Origin: Alphaproteobacteria bacterium
Lineage (GTDB): Bacteria; Pseudomonadota; Alphaproteobacteria; GCA-2731375
DNA length: 64,000 nucleotides
Reading direction: 5' to 3'
NCBI GenBank assembly: GCA_965225945.1
Contig: CBDDBZ010000038.1
Span: 480,001 to 544,000 of the forward strand
Made by a program: the position numbers and the translations under genes. Under the pieces are notes generated by a model that was not told the DNA's origin, searched no databases, and saw only the letters and a list, made by a program, of their open reading frames with translations. Shown here in pieces: positions 30,792 to 39,973 of this stretch (position 1 is the stretch's first letter; each line of letters begins with the position of its first letter).

Positions 30792-30806
30792 CGGCAGGAA
30801 TTGCCG
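30792..30806. promoter_or_regulatory. ftr-like (FlbD-binding) palindrome before flgK
   Basis: CGGCA-GGAAT-TGCCG. Confidence 0.55.
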
Positions 30807-30845
30807 GCGGGCAGGTCGTCTCGAGCGTGGGCGTGAGGATCGGTC

Positions 30846-32957
30846 ATGTCTATCACCCAGGTCATGCAGTCGGCGGTCAGCGCGCTCAACACCCAGGCGC
30901 GCGCCATCGACATCACCTCGAGCAACATCGCCAACGTCAACACCGAGGGCTATGCCCGTCGGCAGGTGCAGTTCGATCCGTTGGTCATCGACGGCAAGAC
31001 CGCCGGGGTCGAGTTGGGCCAGGCCCTGCAAGTGATCGACCGCTTCCTCCAGACCGAACTGATTGGTGTGTCGGCGGCCACGGGTTTCTACCAAGCCCAG
31101 GCGGACCTGCACAGCCGTTTGCAGGACTTCCTCGGCCGCCCGGATCTGGATATGAACCTGTCCGCCCGACTCAACGAGGTCTTCGCGGCATTTTCGCAGC
31201 TCGCCGTGGAGCCGGACGAGCTCGCTCGCCGCTTTCAGACGTTGGAGGGCCTCATGACCCTCGCGACCGAGATCAATCGCCTGAGCGAGCGATTGCACTA
31301 CCTCAGGGCGGAAGCCGAGACCCGGATCTCCTCTAACATCACCCGGATCAACTCGGCGCTCGCGCGGATCCACGAGCTCAATCCGCAGATCGCCAACCTC
31401 AACCATATCGACGGTGACGCGTCGGCCCTGGTGGATCAGCGCCAGCGTGCATTGAACGAGCTCTCCGAGCTGATCGATCTCCACGTGATCGAAAAGAGCG
31501 ACGGTCAGATCGATATCTTTACCCGCTCCGGCCTGACGCTGTTGGACCGCAACCTCCGGATGCTGGAATACAATGCCGCCGGCATCGTCGATGCGGCCAC
31601 CCCCTTCGATGCCATTCGCGTCTTCAGGCTGGATCTGGGCGGCAACAAAATCGGCACGGGAGATCCGCTCTATCCGAAACTCCGCTCGGGCGCGCTCAAG
31701 GGCCTGATCGACATGCGCGATATCGAGCTTCCCGATCTCGCCGCCAGGATCGGCAACATCTCGTCGATGCTGATCGACCAGATCAATCGCGCCCACAACG
31801 CCAGCTCGGCGGTCCCCGCGCCGGCGAGCTTGGTCGGCATCGACACGGGCCTCGCCGCCGACGATGCGCACGGCTTTACAGGCATCGTCGATTTCGTGCA
31901 ACTCGCCGCCGACGGCACCCTTCAGGCACAGGCGACGATCGACTTCGCTAATCCCGGGCTCGTCACTCTCGCCGACGTCGTCGCGGCGGTGAATGCGGCA
32001 CTGCCGGGCGCCGGACTCGCCCTGGTGGGCGGCGTTCTCACCTTCTCGGCCACCGCGCCGGGCAGCGGCGTCGCCGTCGTCGACGATGCGACGACGGCGT
32101 CGGATCGCGGCGGTCGCGGCTTCGCCCACTTCTTCGGTCTGAACGACCTGATGAGGGCCGCCGCACCGAGCCATTTCGACACCGGCTTCACCACCGCGGA
32201 CGCCCATGGCTTCGGCGCCGTCGGCACGGTCGACTTCAGGATCGACGGGCCGGGCGGCCAGACGATCAGCGCCTATACCCTCGACTTCGCCTCGGGCTTC
32301 GTTTCCTTTGGCGACGTCCTGGCCGATCTGAATACCGCGTTCGGCGGCTTCGCGACCTTCGCGCTCGACGCGAACGGCCGGCTCACGACGACCTTGGCGC
32401 CGGCATACGAGAGTTTTCATCTCTCGGTCGGCGCCGACACCACGACGCGCGGCACCAGCACCCAGACCTTCTCCGAGCTCTTCGGCCTCGGCCGCCGCTT
32501 CACCATGGAGACCGCACGCTCGGTCGCGGTGGTGGATCGGATCGCCGACGATCCCGGCCTCTTGGCCACGGCGGGCGTCGATCTCGCGGCCCCGGCCGGC
32601 CAGCCGGTGCTCGTTGTTGGCGACAACGCCGGCGCCATGGCGCTGAAGGCGATCGAATCCACCATCCAGAATTTCGGCGCCGCGGGCGGACTGCCGGCCA
32701 TGATGGCCGAATTGCCGCGCTACGCCGCCTTGATCCTGGGCGGGATCGGCCAGGAGGCGGCGCGCATCGCCAGCTTGGCGGAAGACCGGAACATCCTACT
32801 GGAGGAGATCGAGGCACGGCGCCAGTCCTTCTCCGGCGTCAATCTCGACGAGGAACTCTCCAACATGATCCTCTACCAGAACGCCTACAACGCGGCCGCG
32901 CGGATGATCAAGACGGCCAACGAAATGTTCGACGTCCTGTTGTCGATCGCCAACTAG
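30846..32957 (+). CDS. flgK: Hook-associated protein FlgK
   Basis: SSNIANVNTEGYARRQV; SGVNLDEELSNMILYQNAYNAAARMI. Confidence 0.95.
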   Translation: MSITQVMQSAVSALNTQARAIDITSSNIANVNTEGYARRQVQFDPLVIDGKTAGVELGQALQVIDRFLQTELIGVSAATGFYQAQADLHSRLQDFLGRPDLDMNLSARLNEVFAAFSQLAVEPDELARRFQTLEGLMTLATEINRLSERLHYLRAEAETRISSNITRINSALARIHELNPQIANLNHIDGDASALVDQRQRALNELSELIDLHVIEKSDGQIDIFTRSGLTLLDRNLRMLEYNAAGIVDAATPFDAIRVFRLDLGGNKIGTGDPLYPKLRSGALKGLIDMRDIELPDLAARIGNISSMLIDQINRAHNASSAVPAPASLVGIDTGLAADDAHGFTGIVDFVQLAADGTLQAQATIDFANPGLVTLADVVAAVNAALPGAGLALVGGVLTFSATAPGSGVAVVDDATTASDRGGRGFAHFFGLNDLMRAAAPSHFDTGFTTADAHGFGAVGTVDFRIDGPGGQTISAYTLDFASGFVSFGDVLADLNTAFGGFATFALDANGRLTTTLAPAYESFHLSVGADTTTRGTSTQTFSELFGLGRRFTMETARSVAVVDRIADDPGLLATAGVDLAAPAGQPVLVVGDNAGAMALKAIESTIQNFGAAGGLPAMMAELPRYAALILGGIGQEAARIASLAEDRNILLEEIEARRQSFSGVNLDEELSNMILYQNAYNAAARMIKTANEMFDVLLSIAN

Positions 32958-32970
32958 GCGGGGTCCGGCG

Positions 32971-33968
32971 ATGACACGGGTCACCAACCTCGGACAGCAC
33001 CAGGCCCTCCTCCAGAGCCTGATGCGGAATCAGGAAACGGTCTTCGACAGCAACCGCAAGATAGCCACCGGAAAGAAGGTGACCCGGTTCGACGGCTTGG
33101 GCAACGAGGCGCCGAGCCTTCTCGCCACCAAGGCGGTGAAGTCGCGGATCCTGGCCACGATCGAGGCCAACCGGCTCGTCGACCAGCGTCTGGAGATGAA
33201 CAACATCGCCCTCGGCTCGCTGGCGGAGATCGCCGACAGCTTGCGTCAGGTGGTGATCACGGCGTCCGGCCAGAATTCGGGCATCGCGCTGATGGCCAAC
33301 ATACGCGGCCTCTTCGAGCGGGCGCTCGACGCGATCAACACCCGCTTCGACGGGCGCCACATCTTCGCCGGCACCCGCACCGATACGCCGCCCTTCAACG
33401 CCGGCAGCGAGGCCGAACTGCTGGCACTGGCGATGACCAGCGACGGCTTCGACAACAACCAGAGCTGGCACTGGCGATGACCAGCGACGGCTTCGACAAC
33501 AACCAGAAAGTGCTCTCGGCGGAAGTCGACGAGGGCCGGACGCTACGCTATGGCGTGCTGGCGAGCGATATCGCGGAAGGCCTCTTCGACGGCTTCCGCC
33601 GGCTGATGCAATTCGAGAACGGCATACTGCCACCCGCCGCGGCGGGCGGCGGCCCGGCCGGCTCCTTCGACACCGAACTGACGATCGCGCAGCGCGATTT
33701 CCTGCTGGGTGAATTGGGCACCATCGCAACCACGATCCAAACGCTGCGCAATGCGGAGGCGGCGAACGGTGTGCGGATGAACGAACTCGACAAGCTCACC
33801 GGCCGCCATGACGACGAGCTGGTCTTCCTCGAAACCTTCATCTCGGAAATCGAGAACGTCGACATGGCCGAGGCGGTGTCCAAGTTGACCCAAGATCAAA
33901 CGGCGCTCGAGGCCGCGATCCAGGTGATGGCGCGGCTGAGCCGAGTTTCGCTACTCGATTTCATCTGA
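32971..33968 (+). pseudogene. flgL: Hook-associated protein FlgL (flagellin-like), frameshifted by a 44-bp tandem duplication
   Basis: IATGKK, GRHIFAGTRTDTPPF, IENVDMAEAVSKL..SLLDFI; perfect duplicate at 33420-33463 / 33464-33507. Confidence 0.88.
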
Positions 33969-34008
33969 CCGCTCGAGCGTCGGGCCATAAACGACGGAGG
34001 AGGCACGG

Positions 34009-35046
34009 TTGAGCGAACGCGACAACGGCCAGTATTGGCACGACTTCGACCTGGTGAGCGGTGGCGCGGGCTTCATCGGCTCGCACCTCGTGGACGGCCT
34101 CAGGGATCGCGGCCGACAGGTCAGGGTGATCGACAACTTCGCGACCGGCGGCCCCCACAACCTCGCCCATCGGGCCGACGATCCGGGGCTGGAGCTGAGG
34201 CGCCTAGACGTCCGGGACCGGGACGTCCTACGCGAGGCGACGGCCGGCGCCCGGCGGGTCTTCCATCTGGCGGCGATGGCCGACATCGTGCCCTCGATCC
34301 AGCATCCGGCGCACTACTTCGATGCTAACGTCACCGGCACCTTCAACGTCCTGGAGGCGGCCCGTGCCGCCGGCGTCGAGCGCCTGATCTACGCCGCCTC
34401 GGGCTCCTGCTACGGCATCCCCGACCAGTTCCCGACGCCGGAGACGGCGCCGATCCGGCCGCAATATCCCTATGCGCTGACCAAATTTCTGGGTGAGCAG
34501 AGCGTGCTGCACTGGGGCGAGGTCTATGGGCTCGCAGTCACCTCGCTCCGCTTTTTCAACGTCTATGGGCCCAGGAGCCGAACTTCCGGCGCCTATGGCG
34601 CGATGTTCGGCGTCTTCTTGGCGCAACTGCTGGCGGACCAGCCGCTCACCATCGTCGGCGACGGCACCCAGAGTCGCGACTTCACCTGGGTTGGCGACGT
34701 GGTGGCGGCGATCCTGGCGGCGGGCGAGGGCGGGGCCGAGGGCCGGATCCTGAACGTCGGCTCGGGCCGCGACGTCAGCGTCAACCGGATCGTCGAGCTG
34801 CTGGGTGCGCGCCGCGCCGTCCACATCCCCAAGTGACCGGGCGAACCCGACCGTACCCTCGCCGCCATCGACGAGATCCGGGCCGTCCTGGACTGGGAAC
34901 CGCGAACCGACATCGAGACCGGGGTCGAGGCCATGCTGGCGAACGTCGGCTACTGGCGCGACGCCCCTGTCTGGACCCCCGACGGCATCGCCGAGGCCAC
35001 CCGCGACTGGTTCCGCTACCTCTCGCCCGGGGGGACGATGGGCTAA
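34009..35046 (+). pseudogene. NAD-dependent sugar epimerase/dehydratase with a premature TGA at 34834-34836
   Basis: GGAGFIGSHL, YPYALTK, RFFNVYGPR; HIPK*PGEPD then continues in frame to WRDAPVWTPDGIAEATRDWFRYL...TAA. Confidence 0.85.
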
Positions 35047-35112
35047 GTCGGCGCGGTATCGGCGCGCGGCGGCGATGATCTGCTAGAATGGGCCGGTCCC
35101 GGAGCGCGGCCC

Positions 35113-35919
35113 ATGGCGGAGACGATCATCGATAACGAGCCGACGATCCGGCTCGGCTTTTTCCTCGGCGTCCTGGCGGTGATGGCAGCCTGGGAGCATC
35201 TGGCGCCCCGTCGCCGGCGCTTTCATTCCCGGCTCGCCCGGTGGCCCAGCAACCTCGGGATCGTCGTCGTCAATGCCGGCCTCGTGCGTCTGCTGTCGCC
35301 GCTGGCGGTGGTTGCCACGGCGGAACTGGCGACGGCGAGGGCGTGGGGGCTATTCAATCTCGTCGACGTGCCCGGCTGGCTCGCCGGCCTGTCGGCTCTG
35401 GTGCTGCTCGATGTGGCGATCTACTGGCAGCATCGGTTGTTCCACGCGGTGCCGTCACTGTGGCGTCTGCACCGAATGCATCACGCCGATCTCGACTTCG
35501 ACGTCACGACGGGTATCCGCTTTCACCCGATCGAGATCCTGCTGTCCTTGGCCATCAAGCTGGCGGTCGTGGTGGCGATCGGCCCACCGGCCCTGGCGGT
35601 ATTGATCTTCGAGGTGGGCTTGAACGCGAGCGCGATGTTCAATCACGCCAACGTCGCCATTCCCTTCGGGCTAGACCGCGTCCTCCGCCTCTTCATCGTC
35701 ACGCCCGACATGCACCGCGTCCACCATTCGATCCGGCGCGAGGAGACCGACAGCAACTTCGGTTTCAATGTCCCCTGGTGGGACCGGCTGTTCGCCACCT
35801 ACCGAGCCCAGCCGGACGACGGGCACGAGCGAATGGTGATCGGGCTCGAGCGGTTCCGGACCGCCGCCGATCTCCGCCTCGACGCCATGCTGCTGCAACC
35901 CTTCCGGCGCGAGGCGTAG
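35113..35919 (+). CDS. Sterol desaturase/fatty-acid hydroxylase family membrane protein
   Basis: His boxes HRLFH, HRMHH, HRVHH; NFGFNVPWWDRLF. Confidence 0.9.
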   Translation: MAETIIDNEPTIRLGFFLGVLAVMAAWEHLAPRRRRFHSRLARWPSNLGIVVVNAGLVRLLSPLAVVATAELATARAWGLFNLVDVPGWLAGLSALVLLDVAIYWQHRLFHAVPSLWRLHRMHHADLDFDVTTGIRFHPIEILLSLAIKLAVVVAIGPPALAVLIFEVGLNASAMFNHANVAIPFGLDRVLRLFIVTPDMHRVHHSIRREETDSNFGFNVPWWDRLFATYRAQPDDGHERMVIGLERFRTAADLRLDAMLLQPFRREA

Positions 35920-35924
35920 AGGTC

Positions 35925-36734
35925 ATGGCGCGGCGCGCCAGCATGCCGATGTACGACATGGCGGAAATCGCCTCGGCGCTCGACGATCTCTGGGCCGGTT
36001 TTGCCTGCAATTTCGCGGCTGAGGGGCTTGCGGACGTTCCGGCGCGGCTCATTCACGGCCAGGCCTTGCGGACTTTGTGGGACGCTCCCGACGTCTGGTT
36101 CTCGCAGTGCTGCGGCCACGATTTGATCGCCCGCTATCGCGGCCGCCTCCAGCCCCTGGCGACGCCCCGGTTCGCCGTGCCGGAGTGCCGCGGGCGGGAC
36201 TATGCCAGCGTGATTGTCGTCGCCGAGGATCGCGAAGCCGACGACATCCGCGATTTGCGCGGCACCCGATGCGTCGTCAACGGGCTGGAATCCCATTCCG
36301 GCGCGAACGCGCTCCGCGCCCTGGTGGCGCCGCTCGGTCGCGACGGTCGCTTCTTCACCTCGGTGGTGGAAAGCGGCACGCACGCGGCCAGCATCGAGGC
36401 GGTCGCCCGCGGCGAGGCGGACGTGGCGGCGATCGACTGTGTCACCCATGCGTTGCTCGGCCGCTACCGCCCCGAGGCACTCGACGGCACGCGCAAGCTC
36501 GGCGTCACCGAGTGGGCGCCGGGCGTTCCCTATGTCACGCCGGCGAGCGAGGACGCGGAGGTCGTCGCGCGGATGCGCGCGGCGATCCTGCGAACCTTCG
36601 ACGGGCCGGACTTGGCATCGACGCGGGAGGCCTTGCGACTCGACGGGGTCGAGGCGACGGAGGTCGAGAACTATCGCCAAATCGCCGAATTTCGCGATTC
36701 GGCGGCGCGCGAGGGCTATCCGGAGCTTCGCTGA
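35925..36734 (+). CDS. PhnD/SsuA-like substrate-binding-fold protein
   Basis: ASMPMYD, SQCCG, SHSGANAL, ADVAAIDCVT. Confidence 0.8.
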   Translation: MARRASMPMYDMAEIASALDDLWAGFACNFAAEGLADVPARLIHGQALRTLWDAPDVWFSQCCGHDLIARYRGRLQPLATPRFAVPECRGRDYASVIVVAEDREADDIRDLRGTRCVVNGLESHSGANALRALVAPLGRDGRFFTSVVESGTHAASIEAVARGEADVAAIDCVTHALLGRYRPEALDGTRKLGVTEWAPGVPYVTPASEDAEVVARMRAAILRTFDGPDLASTREALRLDGVEATEVENYRQIAEFRDSAAREGYPELR

Positions 36735-36833
36735 GTATCCGGCCGAGGCCGGGCCGCGCGCGGGCGATTGACGGCGCGGCCCGCCCGGCTGATTGTGGCC
36801 GTCGCGAAAAACCGACGTACCCGAGGCTCCCGC

Positions 36834-37874
36834 ATGCCCGAACGGCACCTCGCCCCCTTCGACCATCCCGCCGCCTGGAAGGCGAGCGATTTCGGCGCCA
36901 AGGACGATTTCGCCGTCGACCTGGAGGATCGCCATCTTCGCGCGCTGGCGGCGGAGGTCGATCGCCTCGGCGATGCTCTCCCCGGGCACGACGCGATCGA
37001 TCGGAAAAGCTTTCCGCTGGCCGCGATCCAGGACGATATTCGGGCCTGGCGGGAGGAGGTATGGCAAGGACGCGGTCTTCTGCTGCTGCGCGGCTTTCCG
37101 GTGGCGGATATCCCGCTCGACCGTCTGCGGCTGATGTATCTCGGTCTCGGCGTCCACTTCGGCCGCCCGGTCTCACAGAGCGCCATGGGCGATTTGGTGG
37201 GTGACGTGGTCGACGTCGGCGGCAAGGACGAGCGCGAGCGGGCCTATCGCGGCAGCCGGGCGCTCAATCTCCACACCGATCGCTGCGATCACGTCGCCAT
37301 GCTCTGCATCCGTACAGCGCTCGCGGGCGGCATCACCGGCCATGCCAGCGCGCTCGCCATTCACAACACGATCCTGGCGGAACGGCCGGAGCTGTTGGCG
37401 CCACTCTACCGGGGCTATTTCCACCATCGCTTCGGCGAGCAGCCGCCGGGCGAGCCGCCGGTGACGGCCGAGCGTATTCCGATCTTCTCGGTGACCGGCG
37501 ACTTGCCGAGCGTGATCTACATCCGGGGCTACATCAACCTCGCCGTCGCCGAGGGCCACGTCGCCTTGAGCGAACGGGAACTCGAAGCGCTGGATTTCCT
37601 GGACCAGGTCGCCAATCGGCCCGAGCTCCGGCTCGACTTCCGCCTCGAGCCGGGCGAAATGAGCTTTACCAACAACTGCCTTCTGCTGCACACCCGCACC
37701 GCCTTCGAGGACTCAGGCGAGCCGGCGTTGAAACGCCACCTGCTGCGCCTCTGGCTGCGCGAGGACGACCGCCCCATGGCGCCGGGCGTGGTGCTGCACA
37801 AGGGCCGGGCCGGCATCGAGGCCCGCCGAGGCAAGGGCACCTACTATACGCCCACGGGTACGGCTGCCGGCTGA
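36834..37874 (+). CDS. TauD/TfdA family Fe(II)/2-oxoglutarate dioxygenase
   Basis: HTD motif, NNCLLLHTRTAF, RHLLRLWL. Confidence 0.88.
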   Translation: MPERHLAPFDHPAAWKASDFGAKDDFAVDLEDRHLRALAAEVDRLGDALPGHDAIDRKSFPLAAIQDDIRAWREEVWQGRGLLLLRGFPVADIPLDRLRLMYLGLGVHFGRPVSQSAMGDLVGDVVDVGGKDERERAYRGSRALNLHTDRCDHVAMLCIRTALAGGITGHASALAIHNTILAERPELLAPLYRGYFHHRFGEQPPGEPPVTAERIPIFSVTGDLPSVIYIRGYINLAVAEGHVALSERELEALDFLDQVANRPELRLDFRLEPGEMSFTNNCLLLHTRTAFEDSGEPALKRHLLRLWLREDDRPMAPGVVLHKGRAGIEARRGKGTYYTPTGTAAG

Positions 37875-37898
37875 GCGGCGATCGGCCCTCGAACCTCC

Positions 37899-38471
37899 CT
37901 ACCGGCACATGAATTCGGGCCAACAGGCGAATGCGCCGTCGGTGATCAGGTTCGAGACCTGCAGGTAGATGGCGTAGAACCAACCGAGGAAATAGCCGAG
38001 AAAGCCGAACAGGGCCAAGCCGGAGAAAAGGCAAATACGCCAAAGCGGTATCGTGGTTTTGCGGCCGGGCCGAAAGCGCGACGTCAGGCGGTCGGAGGTC
38101 ACCGCGGAAATGCAGATTTCGCCCGGACCGGCGCGCCCGCGGAGTCGGTCCGCAAAGGCGATGTCGCGTTCACTTTCGGTGCCGCTAAGAGCGCCGAGGT
38201 TGATGCCGATCGCAAGCGGTGCTTGATCGCTCGATTGCCCACCCTCTTGCACCGCCCTGGCGAACGCCGTCGCTGCGTCCAGCCGCCCGAAGGTGGCAAG
38301 GAGCCTTTCCGGAGAGCTTTCGACGATCACGCCACCGTGGCGCGTCACCATCGAATTCATTACCACGAAAGGCACTTCGCCCGCGCCGTCGGCCGCGGCC
38401 CCGAGCGAGACGATCGCCACCAGGCGCATCGAGAAATCGTCCGGCGAGACGCCGTTTTGCCGCGTCGCCAT
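37899..38471 (-). CDS. Degenerate class III nucleotide-cyclase-like domain with a C-terminal TM helix
   Basis: RLVAIV...HGGVIV..LLATF..AIGINLG..GPGEICIS; canonical catalytic Asp motifs not evident. Confidence 0.55.
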   Translation of the reverse strand: MATRQNGVSPDDFSMRLVAIVSLGAAADGAGEVPFVVMNSMVTRHGGVIVESSPERLLATFGRLDAATAFARAVQEGGQSSDQAPLAIGINLGALSGTESERDIAFADRLRGRAGPGEICISAVTSDRLTSRFRPGRKTTIPLWRICLFSGLALFGFLGYFLGWFYAIYLQVSNLITDGAFACWPEFMCR

Positions 38472-38485
38472 GTCCTCGGTCCGCG

Positions 38486-39510
38486 TCAAAATTCGAACAC
38501 CAGGCCCGGCAACCAAACCGCGATCACCGGCAGGGCCAGGAGCAGGGCGATGCCGACGAGCTGGGCCCCCACGATCGGCACGATACCCCGATAGATATCG
38601 CCGAGCGTGATTCCCGGCGGCGCCGCGCCCTTGAGGAAGAACCGGCGGCGCCGCGCCCTTGAGGAAGAAGAGGGCAAAGCCGAAGGGCGGCGTCAGGAAC
38701 GAAGTCTGCAACGTCAGTGCCACCAGCGTGGCCATCCAGAGCATCTGAACCTTGCCTTCGCCCTTATGGCCTGAGAAATCGAGGCCGGCCAGCACCGGCG
38801 CGAACAACGGCAGGGTGATCACCGTGATCTCGATCCAATCGATGAAGAAGCCGAGCACGAAAATGAACGAGACGACGAGCACGAGCGTGCCCCAGGCACC
38901 GATGTCGAGCCCGGCCAGTGCATTCGCGATCACCTCGTCGCCCCCGAAATAGCGGAAGGGGTAGGAGAACACCACGGCGGCAATGATGATGAAGAACACC
39001 ATCGCCACCATCAGCACCGTGGTCTCCACCACCTCGAGTAACAGCCGCCGGGAGAAGCGACGGTTCACCACCATGAGCAACAGGCCGCCCGCCGCCCCGA
39101 TGGCGCCCGACTGCGGCGGCGTCGCCCAGCCGAAGATGATGGAGCCCAGGACCAGGCTGACCAGGCCCACCGGCAGCACCAGGCCCCGGGTCAGGAAGCC
39201 GAGCCATTGGCCGAGCGACTCCGGCCTTGCTTCCGCCTCGACCCCGCGCCGCGGCGGATCCAGCACGCCGGTGGCGACGTAGTAGACCAGATAGAGGCCT
39301 ACAAGCACGGCGCCGGGGAGCAACGTCGCCAGGAACATATGGCCGATCGAGACGCCGAACTGCCCGGCCAGAAAGAACAGCATCACCGCTGGCGGCAGGA
39401 TGATGCCGACGGTGCCGGCGGCGAGGCTCGGCCGATAGCCCTGGGCCAGCATGGTCGGGAGCGCAATGAGCGCGAGCGTCACCACCGAGGCGCCGACCAG
39501 CCCCGCCGCA
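38486..39510 (-). pseudogene. TRAP transporter large permease (DctM), N-terminus deleted and frameshifted by a 28-bp duplication
   Basis: GASVVTL..LPTML..GY, GWATP, LGFFIDWIEI, QTSFLTPPFGFALFFLKG; duplicate at 38614-38641 / 38642-38669. Confidence 0.85.
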
Positions 39511-39757
39511 GGCGGTCGCGAAGGATGTCCACCCGGACATGGGCGTTGCGGACATAGGCGAAGCCGAGCGAGAGCACTACCAAGAGGGTGAAGGCTTCCC
39601 ACTCGATGAATTGCAGGAAGGTCGACGGCGCGTTGAAAATCTTGCGCATCACGATTTCGTATCAACGCACGCCGATCAGCAGCGGCAACAGCACCACCGC
39701 CGAGGCGATGCCGACGAACGCCACCATTCGCTCCAATGCGTTCAAGAGCCTCGACAT
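39511..39757 (-). pseudogene. TRAP small permease (DctQ) fragment with an internal stop
   Basis: RBS AAGGAGG; MSRLLNALERMV...GVR*YEIVMRKIFNAPS...NAHVRVDILRDRL, then an abrupt join to dctM. Confidence 0.78.
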
Positions 39758-39973
39758 GCGTCGTTCGACCTCCTTGCCACGCCATCATCCCGGACGGAGA
39801 GTCATCGAGACAAGGGTCGGAGCGCGCGCCACCTCGCTCGCTCGCTCCCTACGCGACCGCTTGAAATGCAGATCTGATAAGGGATTGTCCGATCGCGCCG
39901 CCGAGGGGGTCGCCGAATCGACGTCGGCCGGCGAACAAGGCGCGACGATTGACGCGAGGGAGGAGAACGAATT

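Noticed and set aside
34834-34836. In-frame TGA as selenocysteine or a recoded stop
   Set aside because: The position corresponds to Arg in KRPGE, not Cys or Trp, and TGA ends many genes in this window.
37899-39788. 629-aa apparent transporter-cyclase fusion ORF
   Set aside because: Chimeric read-through produced by a deletion and a 28-bp duplication across three separate genes.
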